This document shows, one piece after another, positions 35,549 to 44,381 of a DNA stretch of 44,381 nucleotides. This DNA comes from Neoconidiobolus thromboides FSU 785 (taxonomy: Eukaryota; Fungi; Entomophthoromycota): the NCBI GenBank assembly GCA_025603075.1, contig MU626420.1:1-44381 (forward strand), given 5' to 3'. Numbering within the stretch: position 1 is the stretch's first letter; each line of letters opens with the position of its first letter. The notes under the pieces are model-generated. The model worked only from the letters and a program-made list of their open reading frames with translations, did not search any database and was not told the DNA's origin. Made by a program: the position numbers and the translations under genes.

Positions 35549-36861
35549 TTAAAATAATTTTAAACAAGCTTCATAAGAACCTAAAAAGATAGAACCACCT
35601 AAAGATAACCATAATACTCTTGGTACAATACCTTTAAATAACCCAGAAATCCCTTCTTCTTTCCTTACCCTTAATAAAGTTTTGAGTATTCCAGAATGAT
35701 ATTGTTGAGAAGTATTAATTCTATTCTATTAATTCGTAATAATAGTAATTAAATAGAATTAAAATAAATAATTAATTAATATTAGTATATATCTATGTTA
35801 AATTAATAATTGAGTTATTACATACTTTAGAACTTAACATAATTCGTGTTTTTGCTAAATCAATTGGGGTAGTAACAGCTGCTGCAAATCCACCTGAAAT
35901 AGAACCTGCAATAGCTGAACACCAAACAGGTATATCTTCTGTTTTATTTCCTAATTGGTAATTTAATTGAACCTAATTATAATATAAATTAGTATTCGAT
36001 TATAATAATTATAATGAATTAAATAAACTAATTTTATATTTTAACATATTATCATACTTTCTTGTCATTATTATAATCTTACCTTTAAAAGTTCATAAAT
36101 TGGAAATTGAATACAAGTGAATGGAATTTCTCTTAAAACAGTAGTTGAATAACCTTTATAAAATCCCAAAATAGATTCTTCTTTAAGTATTGATTTTACT
36201 GCATGTAAATAAGTAGTATATTGATTAGTTTGTAGCCTTTGCTTAATAACTTCAGTTGGTACACGAACAAGACAAGCAGTCTATAAAAAAGGATTAGCTA
36301 TTAATTAATAAAATTGGACTAAGATGATAATAAAATAAATTGTAAATAAACAATAATAATAATAAACTTACTACTTCACCAGTTGAAGCTGCTAACATAT
36401 GAATTAAAGGTAAACTTTCAATTTGTTGACTTTGTTTAAAGTATGTTTTCAAGGTATCATAACTACAGAAAAACAAAGCAGCTAAAAAACAAAAAATAAA
36501 AATAAACACATGAATTTTCTTTCTGTCTTTTCGTCTTTCTCTTTATTATTTTTTCTATTCTAATAAAAAATAAATAAAAAAACTTATCAACTTACCAGAA
36601 GGAGCCGAGCCAATAATAGCGGATGACAAACCTTTATAAACATTTTTAAAACCCCCGCTAGCAGTAAATCCAAGTTGAGATTGTAAACGGGTTTTAATAG
36701 TATCTAATGGAAATAACATGGTATCTACCATTGTCCCTGCTATTCCACCAGACTGTTTATAGAATTATTAAATTGTATTTTTTAATAGTAGAGGGTCAAT
36801 TATAAGTTACCATTAATGCCTTTATAAAGTTTCTATTTTTTTGATCTTGTTGTTGAGTCAT
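35549..36861 (-). CDS. PET8: Mitochondrial S-adenosylmethionine carrier (SLC25A26 family), multi-exon
   Basis: Spliced reading [99 protein letters not shown]. Stop TAA at 35551-35549. Confidence 0.88.
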
Positions 36862-37086
36862 AAAAGTAATGTTAGTTAGTTTAATGATAAGGAAAGAATC
36901 AAAGTACTGATTTTAGTTTTTATTTTATTTTTGATAAATTTCAAATTATTAGTTACGAAATTTCTGAACTAAACCAATCAAAATGAAATGAATTAAAATT
37001 AATCAAAGTATTAAAGTTAAAAATGCAAAACTTAAATTCAATTTTCTATTTATTTATTTAAATTCAATTTTAAAAAGAATTCGATT

Positions 37087-38732
37087 ATGCCAATAATTAA
37101 AAAATGTGAAGGTTGTGATTTGGAAACGGACCTTGAAGCAGCTGCATTAATTAATGGGGAAGGTCCAATAATATGTCAAAATTGTGGGGTTGTATTACAA
37201 GAAGATAGTATACAATTAGTACCAGATTATCAACCTGAAGAGTTTACAAGAACACATTACTCAAGATCAAAGTATACGCAAAGTAATATTAAAACTTATG
37301 AAAAACTAAAATGGGTAAGTTAAACTGATTGTTTATTTTTATTAATTTTTAGTTCTAAATGAATGGGAAATTACTTATTAGAATAAACTTTATGACGATA
37401 CTGTTAAATTTGCAAAATCATTAAATGTAACGGGTGTAGCTGAAGAAGCATTTGAGACATGTAGAAGAGTGGCTGAATTAGAAAATATTAAACATATGAG
37501 TTCATTGAAACATTATTGTTTAGCTTGTATTTATTTGATAGCTGATAAAGAAAAGAAAGGATTGAAATTTAAAGATATTTTAGTAAGTTGTATTTTATTT
37601 GATTAATTTATACTTATCAAACAATTGATAGGGTTTGGATGCTATATTGACTATATCTAAATTTGGTAGCGCTTATCGTCATTTAAAAAATATTTATTAT
37701 AATAGAGGTTGGGATTTATCCCATCAACAAAGTAATATTATTATACAACAAAATAATATTGGAAAAAAAAGCAATATTCAGCAACAAAGTAATATTGAAA
37801 TACAAAATAATATTATAAAACAAAATAATATTGAATTAAAAGATAAAGACAAAGATAAAATAGAAGAAGAAAATCCATTTATGAAACATTTTATATTAAA
37901 ATTAAAAAGTGCAGTTTATGATAATTTAGATATATTACCAATTAAGAATATGGATGTAGATACAATTGATGAAGTTGAAAAAATGAGTAAAGAATTGGTT
38001 ATTGCGTTAGAGAAATTTTTAATATTTGTTGGTATGGATCGCACTCATTATATAGCAGCAATAGTCATCTTATGTTTACAAAATCGATTTGATGTGTCTT
38101 TATTAAGGAAGGAGGTATTAATTATAGCTAAGTATTTAAATCATGGAATCACTTGTTATAAACGTTATAAAGAAATTAAAGATATTTTAATTGAATATAG
38201 TGAATCTAATTTAGGAAATATATTTGATAAAGTCCATTTTTATCGTATTATACCTTTATTTAATTTTAATCAATTACAACCAAAAGCTATTCAACCTAAA
38301 TCTTTTATTAAAAGTCGAACAAAAGCATTAAAAAATTACCAATTAACCAAAGGAGCAATGAATAAAATCAAAGCATTAAATGAGGCTATTCAAATGGAAA
38401 CATCAGTTAAAAGGATGTTAGATAATAATTCCAATAGTTTAATAGAAAGAAAACAAGATGTTGATAAAATTCTTAATGTTCATAAAAAATTAAAACAAAT
38501 TGATCAATCTACCAAAATTGAAAAAGATGCTATTGCTACTTTAATTCGACAAAAGGCATTGTTATATAAAGGCACATTTGCTAGTTTAAGTCATTTATCG
38601 GATGAAGAAATGATTCGTTGGATTCAAGAAAAAAAATTAGAAAAAGGGGAAATTCCAAAGGCAAGTGAAAGTCGAGAATTAAATGATCAAGATATTTCAA
38701 AAGAAGAATTGGAAGCTTATTTAAAACTATAA
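37087..38732 (+). CDS. TFIIB-family factor (Zn ribbon plus cyclin folds), BRF2-like, 3 exons, ~509 aa
   Basis: Exons 37087-37314, 37382-37582 and 37632-38732 in frame. CEGC..CQNCGVVL Zn ribbon, cyclin-box-like LACIYLIA..KGLKFKDI, and C-terminal DQDISKEELEAYLK. Confidence 0.7.
37725..37832 (+). repeat. Coding minisatellite, six ~18-bp units ending AATATT (xxQ[S/N]NI peptide repeat)
   Basis: CAACAAAGTAATATT / CAACAAAATAATATT / AGCAATATT / CAACAAAGTAATATT / CAAAATAATATT x2, read directly. Confidence 0.7.
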
Positions 38733-38897
38733 TCCCATATTGTAACTTATTTTATTTATTAATACAACATATGAAATAGATGTATTAATAATTTAAATAT
38801 TAATTTCATTTTGATTTATTCATTTTTGCAGAAATTCTTATTTTATTTATTTAGTTAATAACTTGATTAAAATTCTATACTCTATCTTAATATCTCT

Positions 38898-39804
38898 TTA
38901 TTCTTTTTTAATCCTCTTTAGCTAAATAAACAAAAAATCAATAACAACATATTAAAAATACAAATCAAACTTACTCTTTCTGGATTAACAAATCCCATCG
39001 ACTTGTCAGTTTCTTCGTTTCTACTACTTCTTTTACTAGGTTCAATTTTATCTTTATAGAGTTTTTCCTAAATTAAATTCCAGGTTTAATAACTATTTGT
39101 AATTATTTAAAAACTAAACTTACTCTTTCTTTATTTAATTTCTCATTTTTCGTTTTAATTTTATTTTGTCGATTTTCACTTTTACCTCCACCACCTGCCG
39201 ATAATTCCACATTAATTTGTCGATATTGAAATTTAGTATGATGGAATCGTAATGCTTTCTATATATTATTAATAAAATTTAGTAAAACACCAAATTGAAT
39301 ATTGATTTCTTACTTCCAATGTTTTACTATCATTAAATTCCAAAAATGCAAACCCTTTACTTTTACCTGTTTGTTTATCTGTCATTAATCGAATGGATAT
39401 AATTTCTCCTAAGAGTTCTATTTTAACATTCATAGTCATTGGAATTTTATAATTATTATTTACCACAACTTTTAAAATGTTCTTTGATTTCTTCTTTAGT
39501 AGTTTTGAATGATAAATTTCCTAATTAAAAAACCTTAGTTAAATGCCATTCCGGTAAAAGCCATCAGCTTACCAACAAAAACAATATATCTTAATTTCGA
39601 TGGAGCTTCTTTTTTAATAAATTTTGGTTTTACTTCTTGTTCTTTACCCTCTCCTTTTTCTTCACTCTCTTTTATCTTATCATCCTTCCCTCCTTCTTCA
39701 ACCTTAACTTCTTCCTTATCTTCAGCAACTAAGCCCTTCTTCTTATATTGTTTAAATTTTTGAGCTTTTAATTCTCGTTTACTTAATTTCACTTTATTTT
39801 CCAT
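38898..39804 (-). CDS. NOP6: Nucleolar RRM protein Nop6-like, 6 exons
   Basis: ATG 39804 (the ORF-track start is TTG). Spliced reading RYIVFVG-NLSFKTT..-GEIISIRLMTDKQTGKSKGFAFLEF..-KALRFHHTKFQYRQINVELSAGGGGKSENR matches the Nop6 RRM plus GGGG motif. Stop at 38900-38898. Confidence 0.85.
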
Positions 39805-40290
39805 TCTTTTCTTTTCTTTTCTTTCTAAAAGAGGTTCCAAATTTTAAATTTAAATGGATTTTAAATATGGGTTGGTATAAAAACTTGATTCAAATTTGGT
39901 CTAATTTTGATTTTGAAAAAATTGTATTCAGCACAAAGCTATAAAATACTTGCTTTTTTGCATAAATTCAAAAGAACTTATGCAAAATATTCTTTTGTCC
40001 AGTTTTCTTCAATTTTTTTTTTGGAAACTTACACTATATAGAAGATAGACAAAAAAAGTATTCAAAAATTTTCTTTCAAAGTTTAATGGAGCTTTTAAAC
40101 TTATATATACAACAAAACTAAGATTAACAAAACTTATTTTTCTTTCATTACCTTTTTGAACTTTTTTTAATCTAATTTTTGTAAATCAAAATTCAAGCTT
40201 TTTCAATATATAGTTTTTCCCACTTTTTTGCTTTTTATCACTTAATATTCTCAAAGTAAAATATAGTGAAGCTACCATTTTTTAGCATAT

Positions 40291-40390
40291 TCAGGTGTAT
40301 TTTTGTATTTAAGAATTCTAATAATAATTTTTTCACTCAAATAGCGCTTAAATGATATAAAAAATAATGAAGCCTAAAAAAACATTCCCC
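40291..40390 (-). mobile_element. ~97-bp MITE copy in the NOP6/kinesin divergent intergenic region
   Basis: Family core intact, ends ACATTCCCC. ATAT/ATAT. Confidence 0.8.
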
Positions 40391-40965
40391 ATATGACATA
40401 AATAAATCAATTTTTCAATTCAATAAATTTCATTTCAAAAAACAAACTTAGTTATTAACCTTTGTTAAATTATTCATACTATTAAATGCTTCAATGATAA
40501 CACTTATTTGATTAATTGCCATAGTAGTCTGCCAAACATTCAAATTTTTTTAATTTGATAGCTTTTTTCATTGAGATAATAAGACAGAAAGTTTGAATTA
40601 TCCTTCACTTTATTTATTTAATTTTTACAGTAAACAAAATTAAAAAGAATTTCGACCAAGATGTTGAAATAAAACATTCCTGTAAAAGAATAAGGGATGT
40701 AATTAGAAAAGATAGATAGCCAATTAAAATAAATGGAAAAAGTTAAACTCGAAAATACCAAATAAAAAGCAATCTATTGAATATTCTACTCCCATAAATT
40801 CATAAACAATTAATTTTTACACTTATTGAACTTTTAACCAATTAAAGAGATATACAAATAAAAATTTACTTATGAACTTTTTTACATTTTAAAACAAAGC
40901 AAGCTTGCTTTATCCCCCATATTCGAATCTTTTAAAGATTAATTATTTATAAACTTTGTCTCAAA

Positions 40966-43900
40966 ATGTCCATTCCACAAACCAATAGTTTTAATAGAAA
41001 ATTAGAAAATAAAGTTAAGTCCTTAGATTCAAGTATACCTCCACCTGCCCTTAAAAAACGTAAAAATGAACCAGAAAAAGATACACCAATTGATTGTCCT
41101 ATCCAAGTTTACATTCGTTGTCGTGGTCCAGAAAGTGTTTTAGTTGGTAAAAAAATAGGCATTGAAGCTTCTGAAGAAAATAATGAAGTTAGTTATAAAG
41201 AAGGAACTTCTGAGCGTTATGTGACTAGACCTTATTCTTTTAATCGAGTATTTGGTCCTGCAGCCTCACAAAAAGCAGTTTATGATGAAATAGTCTCACC
41301 AATGATCGATGAAGTATTATCAGGATATAGTTGTACCCTTTTTGCTTATGGACAAACTGGTACAGGAAAGACTCATACCATGGAAGGAAAATTAGACGAA
41401 GTACAGTTTATGCCCTCAGGTAATTCAGGTATTATACCAAGAACTTTATATGAAATATTTGAGAAACTTGAATCAGACAAAGAAAACATGTCATTGATAA
41501 AGGTTTCTATGATTGAAATTTATAATGAGGAGGTTTATGACCTTCTTGGTGCAAACGAACCAGGTACTGAATTATCTAAACTTATTCTTATTAAAGGGCT
41601 TGAAAAGGATCTTGTTATTAAAGGATTAGCAGAAACAGTAATTACTAACCCATCTGAAGGTGTTGCTTTATTAGAAAAAGGAGCAGCCATGCGTCATACT
41701 GCCTCAACAAAGCTTAATAAGAGCTCAAGTCGTTCTCATTGTATATATACTCTTAAAATTAAAATCAATTCAAAAAATGGCGATGAAAAGTATTTCACGA
41801 CAGGCAAATTACATCTTGTAGATCTTGCTGGATCCGAAGATATTTCAAGGTCAGGTGCTGAAAAAGCTCAAGCAGCTGAAGCTGGTAAAATCAATCGTTC
41901 TTTACTTACTTTAGGTCAAATTATAAAAGATCTTTCTGATAGAAGTTCTTCTAAATTGAACCCTAATTCAACTGGAGGCTTAACATTTAGAAATTCCAAA
42001 TTAACACGTATCCTTGAAGATTCATTAGGTGGTGGCACAAAAACACGCATGATAGCAACTGTTTCTTTACTTGAGAACGATTTAAAGGAAAGTATCAATA
42101 CAATTAAATATGCTTCACAAGCAATGTCTATCAAAAACAGACCTAGAGCTAACATTTCTCTTGGAGAAGCTGCTCTTTATTTAGAATATAAAACAGAATA
42201 TCAAAAAATGGCAGCTAGCTTAAAGGCACAACGCGATAAAGATGGGGCATATTTAGCTAATGATGTTTATGAAAAATTAACCAATGGATCTAAAGAATTG
42301 GAATTTGAAACTAAGAGATTGAACTCGGAAATTAATGAATTACAACAAATAAATTCAGATCTTAGTAACAAGTTTGAAGAGAATAAAAAAGAGTTGATTT
42401 TGAAGGATAATGAACTTAATGAGAAAACCAATGAACTTGAAACAACCAAGATTCATTTAGAAACCAGCAATAAGAAACTTGAAGAAGCTTTATTGAAGAT
42501 TGAAACTTTAAAGAGACAAAATGATGCTTATCTATCGAGTGAAGCCCAATTAGATAAAGTAGCTAGAGATTTACTAGATACTACTATTATGAAAAGTAAA
42601 CAATTGGAAGATTTATTTAAAGTTGTTAGCGATAAGTATAGGGCTGCTGAAACTAATATGAAATTTGCCAATGAGTTATTATCTAACACTTCTTTTAAAT
42701 TTGAGGAATCAAATTCAAGGTTACAACAATTATCTAAATCTAACCTTGAATTTAAAAATGGAATTAATAGTGTATCAGAGGCATTAATGAACTCACTTAC
42801 AATAAAATCAGCAGATATTACTAGTAATATTAAGAATTGTTTTGAGCAACTCAATGCTTTAACATCGACTAATAAAGATAAACTTGAAGATAATCTTGGG
42901 TTTATCAAATCATCAGTTCGAAGCCTTGCAACTTGTTTCCATGAACTTACCGGTCTAATTGAAAAACAGACTTTATTTACTTGTGATACTTTAGATCAAT
43001 TTTCAATTACAATTGATCAAAATAATAGTGACTTTAGTCATCAAATCGAAGCTTTAGGAAATGAATTTAATGTTAAAGTTAATGATATGAAGCAGGAATA
43101 TAGTTTATCATTTCAAAAAAAAACCGAGGAGTATGATAATCAAATGGAGGAATTGAAAAAGGAACGTGAAATCGAAGTACAAAAACTAAGAGCTCAATAT
43201 GAATGGTCTGAGAAGCTATTGAAAGATGTTAAAGAGTCGGAAGCTTTACAAAGAGCCAAAGTAATTTCTACTATGGAAAATGCTCTCAAAGAATACTCTT
43301 CCTATCATCATAGTAATCTTTCTAATGCTATGGATAAGCATTTAAGTATGTTACACTCAAGAGAGGCATATGAGGAAAATGTTTATACAAAGTTTACTCA
43401 ATCATTAGAAAACTCCAATAATAATTATCAAAAAGAGAACAAAAAGCAGGGTTTATTTTTAGAAGATACTTCCATGACTCTTGATAAATATCGCATAGTC
43501 TCATTGGAATACTCAAATAACATTACTAATTTGACTAATAACAACAAAAATATCATTAACAAATCTCATGAAGAAATGAAACAAGTAACAACCAGCAACA
43601 AAAATCAATACAATGATGAAATAAACACTTGTCATTCCCATATTGATAATGGAAATAAGACATTAGAAAAACATTTAGAAATAATGACTTCAACTTTAAA
43701 AAATCTACAATCTAATCATGTTACTTCAATGTCACATCTCAATGACTCAGTAAACAAGAGTAAAGACAACCTAGTTGGACTTGCCAAGACACATGTCGAT
43801 GAATCTGTACTTCCAGAAATCATAAAACTCAGTGAGCTTAATAACACGAATCTCAATCTTACAACTACTTTTGTGAATGAGCAGTTTATGGTAATTTTAA

Positions 43901-44349
43901 ATTATAGTATTTGATAACGGTTTTTTAAATCATTTTTATTATTTTAGATCGAAACTAGTAATCCAGATCAATTCAACATTAATACTGAAGAATATCCAAA
44001 AGAGTGGCCTTTAATTAATCCTCAGGATTATGTAGTAACTGATATCAATGAAATTCCTCAAGTTAAAGAAGAAAAATCCGAATCAAGTGTTACTACTGTT
44101 CAATCAGGTGGAGAAAAATTGAGCGAAAAAAAGAGTATTATTCGTAAAGATTCAAATTTGAAAAATGGATCAAAGCTAGTTCAACCAATTCAACCAGTTC
44201 GAGCTACTGGAGCTACTGGAGCTACTGGAGGTCCAATTCGCTCAACTACATTTAATCGTCAAACGAATGTCAATAGACAACCTCAACGATTATTAGCACG
44301 GTCAAAGACCAATTCAAACAGCTCTAAAAAATCTGAGCCAAGAAAGTAA
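40966..44349 (+). CDS. bimC: Kinesin-5 (BimC/Eg5 family) motor, 2 exons, ~1108 aa
   Basis: P-loop FAYGQTGTGKTHTMEG, SSRSH, LVDLAGSEDISRSGA..EAGKINRSLLTLG and SKLTRILEDSLGGGTKT, followed by long coiled coil. Intron 43891-43947 (GTAATT..TTTAG) joins in frame to the 44119-44349 ORF. Confidence 0.88.
44201..44230 (+). repeat. (GAGCTACTG)3 coding repeat (ATG tripeptide x3) in kinesin tail
   Basis: Read directly. Confidence 0.85.
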
Positions 44350-44381
44350 TTTGATACAATTGGTTTCAATATTATTTATTA

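Noticed and set aside
39805-39840. ORF-track N-terminal extension of NOP6, and the 31822 start of the antiporter
   Set aside because: Both are TTG starts. ATG 39804 and the spliced ATG 31695 give more coherent proteins.
4774-42908. Antisense ORFs 4774-4986, 32763-32957, 41916-42155, 42267-42449 and 42528-42908
   Set aside because: Shadows of well-supported genes on the opposite strand.
1-44381. tRNA, rRNA or snRNA genes
   Set aside because: No cloverleaf, A/B-box pair or rRNA/U6-like sequence was recognised by eye. A tRNAscan-SE or Infernal run would be needed to exclude them.

Overview
Very AT-rich eukaryotic nuclear DNA with short (about 45-70 nt) GT-AG introns. The gene content points to a fungus, most plausibly an early-diverging lineage (inference only). 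The left ~23 kb is gene-poor: three co-oriented, intronless Con7-type single-C2H2-finger transcription factor genes sit among mobile-element relics. The right ~21 kb is gene-dense and mostly intron-rich: mitochondrial carnitine carrier (CRC1), an atypical TBC/Rab-GAP, a bacterial-type NhaC-family antiporter with a signal peptide, an EFM3/EEF2KMT methyltransferase with a 9-nt microexon, the mitochondrial SAM carrier, a BRF2-like TFIIB-family factor, NOP6 and a kinesin-5. A ~97-bp MITE (GGGG...CCCC ends, 4-bp AT-rich target duplications) occurs about 22 times, including nested, tandem and inverted arrangements. There are also three copies of a ~460-bp TG...CA solo-LTR-like element and a separate 165-bp fold-back. 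No tRNA, rRNA or CRISPR array was recognised. Exon structures were worked out by hand from splice signals and reading frame. Family motifs are recalled, not searched.
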